NCBI GenBank assembly: GCA_965648905.1
Contig: CBFGIT010000001.1
Span: 1 to 64,000, forward strand
Reading direction: 5' to 3'
From: a candidate division WOR-3 bacterium
GTDB taxonomy: Bacteria; Hydrothermota; Tepidihabitantia; Tepidihabitantales; Tepidihabitantaceae
DNA length: 64,000 nucleotides
Of this stretch, positions 19,908-28,623 are shown piece after piece. The position numbers were made by a program, and so were the translations under genes. A model generated the notes under the pieces. It worked only from the letters and a program-made list of their open reading frames with translations. It was not told the DNA's origin and ran no database searches. Each line of letters opens with the position of its first letter. The stretch's first letter is position 1.

Positions 19908-20653
19908 CCGAGCCAGTCCTGCTCTGGCTTGCCCTTGGTGCCTATGTTGTGTCAGGCCTTGTGACCGTGCTCGGCCGCAGGCCGGCCTTCTGGCCGGGCG
20001 TCGTACTTTCAGGATTGGGCCTAGTCCTGCAGGTCGTGTTTGTCGTGCTCCGCGCTATCGCAACCGGGTTTTTGCCTTTTGCCTCGCGATTTGAGGCGCT
20101 GGCGCTCTTCGCCCTGGCCGCGCAGGGAGCAGGGCTTCTGGTCTACCTTGGCACGCGCCAAGGCTCGGCCAAGGCCGGCACTGACCTGGCCAGTGTGCTG
20201 CTGCTCGCGGGTGCGCTTGCTCCGGTCGGATTCCATCGTGGCGGTGACCTGAACCCGCTGCTTGACAGCCCGTGGTTCGCCGGACACATTCTCGCCGCGT
20301 TCGCCGGCTACGGCTGTCTGGCTGCCGGCCTGGTCTGGAGCGTTGTCCGACTGTTCGACCGTGCTCTGGACCGAAACCCGTCGGTCCCGCTGCGCCTGGC
20401 CCGGGCCGGGCTTCTCCTGCTCGGAACCGGCATCCTGACCGGTGCGGCCTGGGCCGACACTTCATGGGGCAGCTACTGGAACTGGGACCCGAAAGAGTCA
20501 TGGGCCCTGTTTGCCTGGACCGTGATGCTCGTCTACCTGCACTTCCGGTCCGGCCGTGTGCGCGACGTCGTCTTCTATGGTCTAGGCTGCGCCGCGATGA
20601 TGTTTACGTTCTTCGGCATCAATCTGCTCAGGTGGGGACTGCACCGATACTGA
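19904..20653 (+). CDS. ccsA: Cytochrome c biogenesis protein CcsA/ResC
   Basis: WWD domain TGAAWADTSWGSYWNWDPKE, L.SPW..H, terminal GLHRY. Confidence 0.9.
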   Translation: MTEPVLLWLALGAYVVSGLVTVLGRRPAFWPGVVLSGLGLVLQVVFVVLRAIATGFLPFASRFEALALFALAAQGAGLLVYLGTRQGSAKAGTDLASVLLLAGALAPVGFHRGGDLNPLLDSPWFAGHILAAFAGYGCLAAGLVWSVVRLFDRALDRNPSVPLRLARAGLLLLGTGILTGAAWADTSWGSYWNWDPKESWALFAWTVMLVYLHFRSGRVRDVVFYGLGCAAMMFTFFGINLLRWGLHRY

Positions 20654-20682
20654 TTGACGCTGGCGGTTGCCGCCGGTATCCT
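20654..20682 (+). promoter_or_regulatory. sigma70-like promoter
   Basis: TTGACG-N17-TATCCT. Confidence 0.5.
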
Positions 20683-20697
20683 CAAGTAGACACCCCC

Positions 20698-22158
20698 ATG
20701 ACTATCGCACAAGCCCTTGCGAACCTGGGCCGGCTCTATGACCGGCTGCTCGAACTCCGGGCTGACCGGAGTCTGTACCTTGTCGGCGGAACCATCCGCG
20801 ACGTGCTCATGGGCCGGGAGCCGACCGACTTTGACTTTGCCGTGTCCGGGTCTGGGCTTGGGTTCGCTCGAGCCTTTGCCCGCAAGGCCCGTGGCCGACT
20901 GGTTGTCCTGTCTGAGCCGGATGACGAGGCACGCGTGGTCTGCCGCGAGGACCTGGTCTTTGACTTCACCGGGTTCGGCAATCTATCAATCGAGCACGAT
21001 ATCCGGCGCCGTGATTTTACGGTCAATGCCCTAGCCGCGGAGATTGACCACGGTCAGCCAGGCCCGATTATCGACCTCGTGCAGGGCCAGGATGATATCC
21101 GGGCACGTGTCATCCGGCCAGTGTCCGAAGACTCATTACGCCTGGACCCGCTGCGTCTCTTGAGAGCAATGCGCTTTGCCCTGGAGCTGGGCTTCGAGGT
21201 TGCCCCGGACGTATACGAGCAGGCACGCTCAGTTACCCTGCGCGAGACCGCGGCTGAGCGGATCGGGGCTGAGCTGCTGCGCATCATGGACCAGCCCGGT
21301 TCATACCCGTTCATCCTGCGGCTTTTCGAGCTGGGCCGGCTGCAGGAGATTTTGCCCGAGCTTGGGCCGGTGTTCGACGACCCTGAGCTGCGCCACCATA
21401 CGTTTCAGACCTGCTACAAGGTCGAGGAGCTCATCGCCCAGCCCGGATTCTTCGCCCGGTATGAGCCGGAGTGGGATGCATACTTTGGGCAGAAGGCAGA
21501 ATGCAGAGTGCAGAATGCAGAGTGCAGAACGGCGGACGGCGCGGAGCGAGCAGCGAACAGTGAGCCTGTGCCTTATCGTCGCGCTCTGCTGAAGCTTGCC
21601 GGGCTGGTGCATGACATCGCCAAGCCTGAGACCCGGTTCACAAACACCGAAGGCGAGGTCCATTTCTATGGCCATGACAGCCTGGGCGCGAGGGTCGTCG
21701 GCCGCGTGGCACGCGAGCGCCTGCGCTTGTCCCGGGCCCAGACCACGATGCTCAAGACGCTCACTGCCGAGCACATGCGCCTGCACCTGCTTGCCACGAC
21801 GCCTGACCTGACCGATCGTGCTGTTCGGCGTTACTTCCGTGATTTGGGCCCGGAAGCACTCGGCCTGATGATTCTCTGCGTGGCCGACGGCTGGGCGACC
21901 GCGGGTCGAACCTCGCATCTTGAGGATACCATCGCGCGGATGTTTGACCAGAAGCGGGCTGAGGACTCGGCCCGTCGCGTCCGGCGGCTGGTTACAGGCG
22001 ACGACCTGATTGAGCTTGGACTCAAGCCCGGCCCGGCGTTCAAGGTGATTCTGCAGGAGCTTGAGGACCTGCAGGTTGAAGGCCGGATTACGTCGAAAGA
22101 GCAGGGAATCGAGTATCTGAAAACCCACCTGACCGGCCTGGCCCGGACTGACTCATAG
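20698..22158 (+). CDS. CCA-adding enzyme/poly(A) polymerase family nucleotidyltransferase with HD domain
   Basis: VGG.IRD, D.DF, DI.RRDFTVNA, DPLRLLRA.RF, ERIG.EL, HDIAKP, FYGH. Confidence 0.9.
   Translation: MTIAQALANLGRLYDRLLELRADRSLYLVGGTIRDVLMGREPTDFDFAVSGSGLGFARAFARKARGRLVVLSEPDDEARVVCREDLVFDFTGFGNLSIEHDIRRRDFTVNALAAEIDHGQPGPIIDLVQGQDDIRARVIRPVSEDSLRLDPLRLLRAMRFALELGFEVAPDVYEQARSVTLRETAAERIGAELLRIMDQPGSYPFILRLFELGRLQEILPELGPVFDDPELRHHTFQTCYKVEELIAQPGFFARYEPEWDAYFGQKAECRVQNAECRTADGAERAANSEPVPYRRALLKLAGLVHDIAKPETRFTNTEGEVHFYGHDSLGARVVGRVARERLRLSRAQTTMLKTLTAEHMRLHLLATTPDLTDRAVRRYFRDLGPEALGLMILCVADGWATAGRTSHLEDTIARMFDQKRAEDSARRVRRLVTGDDLIELGLKPGPAFKVILQELEDLQVEGRITSKEQGIEYLKTHLTGLARTDS
21489..21530 (+). 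repeat. GCAGARN heptamer x6 inside the nucleotidyltransferase gene
   Basis: GCAGAAG GCAGAAT GCAGAGT GCAGAAT GCAGAGT GCAGAAC, encoding QKAECRVQNAECRT. Confidence 0.85.
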
Positions 22159-22166
22159 CGCAGGAC

Positions 22167-23126
22167 ATGACTCCGTCTTTCGTCTACGGCCCGGTTCCCA
22201 GCCGCCGTCTCGGTCTTTCCCTAGGCATCAATATCATCCCCCACAAGACCTGCACTCTCGACTGCGTCTACTGCCAGTGCGGCCGCACCACGGACAAGGC
22301 CGTGCAGAGAAGGTCTTTCTTTCCGGTTGATGAAGTTGTCGCCCAGGTGCGCGCCGCGGTCAAGCGTTCGCGGCCGTCATACCTTACTTTCTCCGGTGAA
22401 GGCGAGCCGACGCTCAACAAGGACATCGGTCGAATCATCCGCCGGCTCAAGGCCGAGACGAGCATTCCGGTCGCGGTGATAACCAACTCGACCCTCCTGA
22501 CCGATCCGGTGGTCCGGCGCGACCTGTCCGCGGCTGACCTGGTCGTGCCGTCGCTCGACGCTGCCGACCAGCGCGTATTCTCTTGGATTGACCGGGGCCG
22601 CCGGGAACTCGCGGTGAGTGATATCATCGACGGTCTGGTTCGGTTCCGACGGCACTTTCGTGGTCAGATGTGGCTTGAGATTATGCTTGTCAAGGACGTG
22701 AACGATTCGGTCGAGCATCTGATGAAGCTCCGGCTTGCTGCGGAGCGGATCCGGCCTGACCGGGTGCACCTGAACACGGTTGTCCGGCCGCCGGCCGAAA
22801 AGTGGGCCCGGCCGCTTACCCGGGACGACCTTGAACAGGTTCAGATGCTTTTCGGACCGGGTGCAGAGGTCGTTGCGTCCTCGGTCCCGGTCAGGTCCAG
22901 GACACTCTCTGGCGACCCGGCACCGGCGCTGGTCGCGCTTGTCTCATCACGGCCGGTGACCGAGGAGGATGTTGTGCGCGCCCTGAGGCTTGAGCCGGGC
23001 CGGGCGCGTCAGGCCCTTGCCCGCCTGGTCGCCCAAGGTCGAATCCGGCGCGTTCGGTTCCAGGGCAAGGTCTACTTCGAGAAGCCGCAGGCGAAAGGCG
23101 AGAGGCGAACGGCGAATGGCGAATAG
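22167..23126 (+). CDS. Radical SAM protein (TYW1-like/COG0731 type)
   Basis: YGPVPSRRLG.SLGI, CTLDCVYC, GEPTL, PSLDA. Confidence 0.88.
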   Translation: MTPSFVYGPVPSRRLGLSLGINIIPHKTCTLDCVYCQCGRTTDKAVQRRSFFPVDEVVAQVRAAVKRSRPSYLTFSGEGEPTLNKDIGRIIRRLKAETSIPVAVITNSTLLTDPVVRRDLSAADLVVPSLDAADQRVFSWIDRGRRELAVSDIIDGLVRFRRHFRGQMWLEIMLVKDVNDSVEHLMKLRLAAERIRPDRVHLNTVVRPPAEKWARPLTRDDLEQVQMLFGPGAEVVASSVPVRSRTLSGDPAPALVALVSSRPVTEEDVVRALRLEPGRARQALARLVAQGRIRRVRFQGKVYFEKPQAKGERRTANGE

Positions 23127-23145
23127 CGAACGGCGAACGGCGAGC
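23090..23145 (+). repeat. GGCGAAN heptamer x8 spanning a gene junction
   Basis: GGCGAAA GGCGAGA GGCGAAC GGCGAAT GGCGAAT AGCGAAC GGCGAAC GGCGAGC. Confidence 0.85.
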
Positions 23146-24996
23146 TTGGTTGGAGTCCTGGCCTTTGCGGTCGGGCTCGTCTGCTGTGCTCGAAATGACC
23201 GGTTGGAAAGCAGGAGCGGAGAGAAGGAAAGGCCGCTCGTCTATCCTCGAGTGTTGTTTCTGACCACCGGCTCTGATGGTGCTGGCACACTGCCGTCAGG
23301 AGCCAATATCTGTCTTGAGACATTCAGCAGCCTGGGCGCGATTGTTGAAATCGCCGACAAGACGGTACTGCTCGACTCGGCCCGGCTCGCGTCAGCCCGC
23401 ATCATTGTCGCGCCGACCATTGCCGGGTATCACGATGCGGACCGGACCTTCTCGCTTTCGTTCCTGGACGACGCATCGATGAGGAATCTTGCCGCCTGGG
23501 TTGAGGCCGGCGGCATCCTCATCGCCGGCGAGAATGTCGGCCGGAACACAATCGAGGGCGAGGACCGGGTGACGTCCGGGGGAATCCTTGATGGCGAGGA
23601 GTGGCCGCTGGCCCGGGTCTTCGGCTATTCACTGGCAGAGACTAACCTCAAGGGGTTCTGGATGGTCAAGGACTCTGCTGCCCTGCTGCTTGCCGGCTTC
23701 CGTACCGAGCTGGCGCCGGTCCTGCCCGAAGCGTGGCTGCTCGTGCCGGTCGACTCGACCGTGGCCAGCGGCGTCCAGGTGCTTTCTTACTGGGTGCGCG
23801 ACCGCACGCGTCATCCGGCCATCACTCTGAATCGCTGCGGCCGCGGCTGGGGCATCCTGGTGCCGCTCTTTCTTCTGCTTCAGCCCGCCTTTGACGGCGG
23901 GGCCGGCGACGTGCCGGCCATCGCCGAGTTCTACGCCCGCGTCTTTGCGCTGGCGTTCGACGGACCAGCGGTCTACGTCAACCCATGGCCGGGCGCGCAT
24001 CGAAGTGCTCTGGCCGTAACCCTGAATGAAGCCGAGGTCGCCGATTCGATTGCCGAACTGAAGCTGCGGACAACGCTTTCCCGCTTGCTCGCCGCGCCGG
24101 GCGTGGCTCGGCTTGATGTTTTCGTCACCGGGCTGCTGCCCGATTCGGTTGTCGCCCGGCTGAAGAAGGAACCGAAGGTGAAGCTGGCGAGTCTCAGTTA
24201 CAGCCATCGATTTTTCACCGAACTCGACTTCTGCCGCACGATGTGGGAAATCGTCCGACTCGAAGACCGCCTGCGCCTGCCCTTGACCGGGTTTCGTTTC
24301 CCGTTCAGCCGCCGCACCCCGGCCGGGCTGTTCAGCCTGGCCCGGCGGGGTTACCGGTACGAGTCGTCGGTGTATATCAATCATGTTTCGGGACTTGCCG
24401 GTGCGCTGTTTCCCTACAATCTGCCGGTCTGGGTCAAGGGCCAGTACTGCCTGGTTACCGACATGCTCGAGCTTTCGCCGACGATTGAGGACTGGGACTT
24501 CTACGGCGCAGGGGTTGCTTCGACGGTCTACGGCGATTCGGCCCAGGCCCGTGATGCGCGCCGGTTCGCGGCCCGGCTTGAATCCCACTGGCAGAGCCTC
24601 GTGCGTGCCCGGCGCGGAATGATGATCCTGACCCTGCACTCGGCGTACAGCGGGCACTCGGGAATAACCCTCGCACCGGTGACAGATTTCCTGGCCGCTG
24701 CGGCCCGGGCCGGAGACGTCTGGCTTGCCGGCATGGACGACATCGCCAACTGGTGGAACGCCCGGCGTAACGTCGAGATCAGAGTGACCAGCTCAAACCA
24801 GAAGACCGTACTCAGGTTCGCCAACAATAATCCTGAGCCGGTGCGCAATCTCGCGGTTCGACTGACCGAGCCCGGTCTGAACATCCAGACCCGGGGTACG
24901 GTGGTCAGCCGCGTTGAGCGCACCGAAGAAGATGGGACCTTCACCTATCTTGTCTTCGACCTGGACAAGACCGCTGAACTGGAGGTTACAAGATGA
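23116..24996 (+). CDS. Putative lipoprotein with polysaccharide-deacetylase-like C-terminal domain
   Basis: Hydrophobic leader with Cys; class I GATase-like middle (WVEAGG.LI); HR...GFRFP...YRYESS...PY motif series. Confidence 0.55.
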   Translation: MANSERRTASLVGVLAFAVGLVCCARNDRLESRSGEKERPLVYPRVLFLTTGSDGAGTLPSGANICLETFSSLGAIVEIADKTVLLDSARLASARIIVAPTIAGYHDADRTFSLSFLDDASMRNLAAWVEAGGILIAGENVGRNTIEGEDRVTSGGILDGEEWPLARVFGYSLAETNLKGFWMVKDSAALLLAGFRTELAPVLPEAWLLVPVDSTVASGVQVLSYWVRDRTRHPAITLNRCGRGWGILVPLFLLLQPAFDGGAGDVPAIAEFYARVFALAFDGPAVYVNPWPGAHRSALAVTLNEAEVADSIAELKLRTTLSRLLAAPGVARLDVFVTGLLPDSVVARLKKEPKVKLASLSYSHRFFTELDFCRTMWEIVRLEDRLRLPLTGFRFPFSRRTPAGLFSLARRGYRYESSVYINHVSGLAGALFPYNLPVWVKGQYCLVTDMLELSPTIEDWDFYGAGVASTVYGDSAQARDARRFAARLESHWQSLVRARRGMMILTLHSAYSGHSGITLAPVTDFLAAAARAGDVWLAGMDDIANWWNARRNVEIRVTSSNQKTVLRFANNNPEPVRNLAVRLTEPGLNIQTRGTVVSRVERTEEDGTFTYLVFDLDKTAELEVTR

Positions 24997-25640
24997 AAGC
25001 GATGCCACTTGTCTGTGCCGGCCTGGCTGCGCTGCTGGCTGGTTGTGCCGACCTGACCTACGACGCGACCGCGCCGACCGTCACGATTGTCTACCCGGTA
25101 TCGTGGTCGACATTTGCCCGCGAGACTATCGAAATCCGGGCCGACGCTTACGACAACGTTGAACTTGACCGGGTTGTGTTCCATGTCGACGGTGAGTCGG
25201 CAGGCTCGGTCCAGACCAAGCCTTACCACCTGCGCTGGTACCCGGACACAACCGGGGGGCATTCGATTCACTGCGTGGCATACGACGCCGCGGGCAACGA
25301 AGCTCACTCCAGCCCGGTCGTAGTGACGATTACCTCCAGCGAGCCGCCGCCTGACCTGGAGCCGCCGTACGTCGCCCTGGTACGGCCCGCATCCTGGTCC
25401 GTGGTGCAGGAGACGGTGAGGATTGAGGCGATTGCCGGGGACAACCGGGGAGTACGCCGGGTCGTTTTCTTCCTCGACGGCGATACGCTGGCCGTGCCGG
25501 GTGGCCCGCCGTGGGTTCATTATTGGGACAGCCGCTCGGTCGGGAATGGCTACCATACCATCTACGCCGCGGCCGCAGACAGCTCGGGCAATCTCGGCTA
25601 CTCGGCCGTGCTCACGGTCGACGTGCGCAACGCGCCGTGA
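24993..25640 (+). CDS. Lipoprotein with two bacterial Ig-like domains
   Basis: LLAGC lipobox; two repeats of D..P.V....P...A.DN..V.F.VDG...PY..WD...G.H.I...A.D..GN. Confidence 0.8.
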   Translation: MKAMPLVCAGLAALLAGCADLTYDATAPTVTIVYPVSWSTFARETIEIRADAYDNVELDRVVFHVDGESAGSVQTKPYHLRWYPDTTGGHSIHCVAYDAAGNEAHSSPVVVTITSSEPPPDLEPPYVALVRPASWSVVQETVRIEAIAGDNRGVRRVVFFLDGDTLAVPGGPPWVHYWDSRSVGNGYHTIYAAAADSSGNLGYSAVLTVDVRNAP

Positions 25641-25668
25641 GCCGTAATGGCTTGAAGGACCGCGGCAG

Positions 25669-27123
25669 TTGACACTGCTCTGGCTGGCAGTTGACATCCT
25701 TGCCGTCTACTTCGGCTTGGACGTGGTCATCAACCTGATATTCCTTGCCGTATTTCTGGTCGTCTTCCGCCGCGGTCGGATCAGCCGGCAGCAGTCCGGC
25801 CAGACGCCCGGCGTGGCGATTCTCGTGCCGGCGTACAACGAAAGTGCGACCGTGGCCGAGAGTGTCCGTTCGCTCCTGGCGCTCGACTACCCTGAGTTCG
25901 AGGTGATTGTCATCAACGACGGCTCGGTCGACGCGACGCTCGAGGCGGTCAAAGACGCGTTCCGGCTGCAGCCCGACAATCGGGAATATCTGGACCTGCT
26001 CGGCACCGTGCCGGTGCGGGGTATCTACCGGTCACGCGTCGACCCGCGGCTGCTAGTCGTGGATAAACCCAACTCGGGCAAGGCCGACTCGCTCAACGTC
26101 GGGCTTGCTCTTACCGACATGCCGCTGGTCGTCACAATCGACTCCGATTCGCTGCTCGCGCCATCGGCCCTCGGTCGGCTGGCCGGGCTGTTTCTTGAGC
26201 GCAATGCCGCTGCTGCGGGCGGGCTCATTACCGCGGCCAACGAGGTCCGGGTCGAGCAGGGCCGGGTTGTTGCCAGTTGCCTGCCGCGCCGTGGGCTGGT
26301 GATGTTCCAGCTCGTCGAGTATCTTGTTTCCTACACGGTCGGCCGCATCGCGTTTTCCTCGGTCAACGCCTTGATGGTTCTGTCCGGTGCGTTCACGATG
26401 TTTGACCGAAGGCTGCTGCTTGAGTGCGGCGGTTTTCTGACCCGGCACAACCGGCATCCCTATGTCGCGGGGGTCACCGGCGGCCGGTCGGTCGGCACGG
26501 TCTGCGAGGACATGGAGGTAATCGTACGCCTGCACCGGTACGTCCGCGAGCAGAAGCTCCGGCGCCCGATCGTCTTTGACCCATGGCCGGTGGCCTGGAC
26601 CGAGGTTCCTTCGACCGTACGTCAGCTTGCTCGGCAGCGCAATCGCTGGCAGCGCGGCCTGCTTGAGTCACTCGCTCTCCATCGGCAGATGTGGTTTGAG
26701 CCTGGTTATGGCACAGCCGGACTGATCGGCATCCCCTACCAGCTCGTCTTCGTTGCCCTTTCTCCTGTCCTGCAGGTGCTCGGCACCGGACTTCTGGTCT
26801 GGCTGCTTGCCGTGCGGCAGGCCAGTGCTCTGTGGCTGGCCGGTGCGCTGGGCGCGACCGCGCTCGCAGGCGGAGCCATCACCGCCATGGTCACGACTGC
26901 GGTGGAGCGACGGTTTGCCCGCGACTCGGCGGTGAATGTCCAGGCGATGCGTTATCACACGTTCGGCGACTGGCTCCGGCTTGTCGGATTTGCCGTTATC
27001 AGCGGCCCGGTGTACGGGCCGCTCAGAACTGCTTTTCAGCTCTGGGGCACATGGGACTGGATTGTTGGCCAGAAGTCGTGGTACAAGTTCGAACGCACCG
27101 GTTTTAGCCAGGCCAAGCCATGA
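25669..27123 (+). CDS. Processive GT2 glycosyltransferase (PgaC/IcaA-like)
   Basis: VPAYNE, NDGS.D, NSGKADSLN, IDSD, CEDME, QRNRW, flanking TM helices. Confidence 0.9.
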   Translation: MTLLWLAVDILAVYFGLDVVINLIFLAVFLVVFRRGRISRQQSGQTPGVAILVPAYNESATVAESVRSLLALDYPEFEVIVINDGSVDATLEAVKDAFRLQPDNREYLDLLGTVPVRGIYRSRVDPRLLVVDKPNSGKADSLNVGLALTDMPLVVTIDSDSLLAPSALGRLAGLFLERNAAAAGGLITAANEVRVEQGRVVASCLPRRGLVMFQLVEYLVSYTVGRIAFSSVNALMVLSGAFTMFDRRLLLECGGFLTRHNRHPYVAGVTGGRSVGTVCEDMEVIVRLHRYVREQKLRRPIVFDPWPVAWTEVPSTVRQLARQRNRWQRGLLESLALHRQMWFEPGYGTAGLIGIPYQLVFVALSPVLQVLGTGLLVWLLAVRQASALWLAGALGATALAGGAITAMVTTAVERRFARDSAVNVQAMRYHTFGDWLRLVGFAVISGPVYGPLRTAFQLWGTWDWIVGQKSWYKFERTGFSQAKP

Positions 27124-28622
27124 CCGCACTGCTGCTTGCTCTCATCGCCGCGCCCATCACCGTGGCCGAGGTCCACGAACTGGTGGAGGCGGGTCGCGCC
27201 GCCGAGGCCTTGCCCCGGGCCGAGTCGGCCGCACAGGCCGCGCCCGACGACCGACCAATTCAGAAGGCTTTCGCGCTCATCCTCCGTAACATCGGCGAGC
27301 TCGACTCCGCGGTTCGAGTGTACGACCGGCTGCTGGCATCTGACTCGTCCGACGACGATACGCGCCTCGGCAAGGCGCTGGCCGTCTCATGGCAGGGCCG
27401 GCTGGCCGAGGCGCTCGCAATTTACGAAGAAATCCGGCCCGGCACCGAGCACTACTTTGATGCCGTAGTCGGCAAAGGCCGCGTCACCGGCTGGATGGGA
27501 CGATACCGCGAGGCCCTGCGCTGGTTCAAGGTGGCCGACTCGATTCTTCCCGGCAACCGCGAGGTACTCGAACGCCGGGCCCAAGTGACCGGTTGGTCCG
27601 GCGACCACGGTCGCGCCATCCAGCTATACCAGCAATTGCACAGCCTCGACCCGGACAACGCCGACTACGTCCTCGCCTTGGGGCAGAACCATGAGTGGTC
27701 AGGCCTGGCCGTGACTGCGCAGAGTTATTACCGGCAGGCGGCGAGACTCGCGCCCGGCCGCAAGGATGTGCACGAGGCGCTCGGCCGGGTTGAGGAGGCG
27801 GCAGCCTGGCGGGCATCGCTCACCTGCGTTGACGCCGCGGACTTTGACGGCGACGTGCAGGGGCGATACCGTGAGTACCGGCTCCGGTTGGAGCCGCGGT
27901 TCGGCGACCGGTTCCGACCAAGCGGCAGCGCGTCGTGGTCAGGCAACCGGCGCGGAACGCTGGGCCGCAACTATCTTTTCTGCCGGGCCGGGCTCTCGTT
28001 TCAGCCACTCTCTTGGCTCGAACTCGCCGGGCAGGTGCAGGGCGACGCGTTCACGTTCGCCTTCAAAACCGCGACGGTGCGCTGGGAAGCCGAGCGCGGG
28101 CGGCTGACGTGGTCGGGCGACCTTGGGCGCGTGCTGTACGAACCGGCCCAGAACATCGGCGCACTCACCGGCTCTACCCAACTAGCACTCCGGCCAGGTG
28201 CGGGCTTCAGGCTCTCCGGCCGTGCCGTTCGGACCCACATCATCGACGACGGCAACGGGAAGAACGCGCTCTTCGCATGCGCCGGGTACGATGTTCTGTC
28301 CAGACCGCGGGTGGGAGTACAGTACACCCTGAGCTACGATGACTTCCGCGTCCGGTCCCCGCGCTACTACTCCCCTCAGAACCTCGTCACTCACCAGGTC
28401 GGTGTTGTCTTCTCCGCACGCCGGGGCGGCACAGGCCTATCGGCGGATGCGGCCGGCGGCGTGAATACGGTCGGCGAATGGGTGGCCCGCGCCAACGCCG
28501 CCCTGGACCAGCGCATCCTGCCCAGGACCAGTCTGTCGCTTGAGATTGACTATGCCCAGACCATGGTACGCGGTCGGTACCTGTACGCAAGCGTCGCGGT
28601 CGGGCTCTCCCGTTCACTCTAA
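27120..28622 (+). CDS. TPR protein with probable C-terminal outer-membrane beta-barrel (PgaA/YaiO-like)
   Basis: Signal peptide, TPR repeats (LA...SWQG...EA...Y), alternating beta strands, YYSP motif. Confidence 0.65.
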   Translation: MTALLLALIAAPITVAEVHELVEAGRAAEALPRAESAAQAAPDDRPIQKAFALILRNIGELDSAVRVYDRLLASDSSDDDTRLGKALAVSWQGRLAEALAIYEEIRPGTEHYFDAVVGKGRVTGWMGRYREALRWFKVADSILPGNREVLERRAQVTGWSGDHGRAIQLYQQLHSLDPDNADYVLALGQNHEWSGLAVTAQSYYRQAARLAPGRKDVHEALGRVEEAAAWRASLTCVDAADFDGDVQGRYREYRLRLEPRFGDRFRPSGSASWSGNRRGTLGRNYLFCRAGLSFQPLSWLELAGQVQGDAFTFAFKTATVRWEAERGRLTWSGDLGRVLYEPAQNIGALTGSTQLALRPGAGFRLSGRAVRTHIIDDGNGKNALFACAGYDVLSRPRVGVQYTLSYDDFRVRSPRYYSPQNLVTHQVGVVFSARRGGTGLSADAAGGVNTVGEWVARANAALDQRILPRTSLSLEIDYAQTMVRGRYLYASVAVGLSRSL

Positions 28623-28623
28623 G

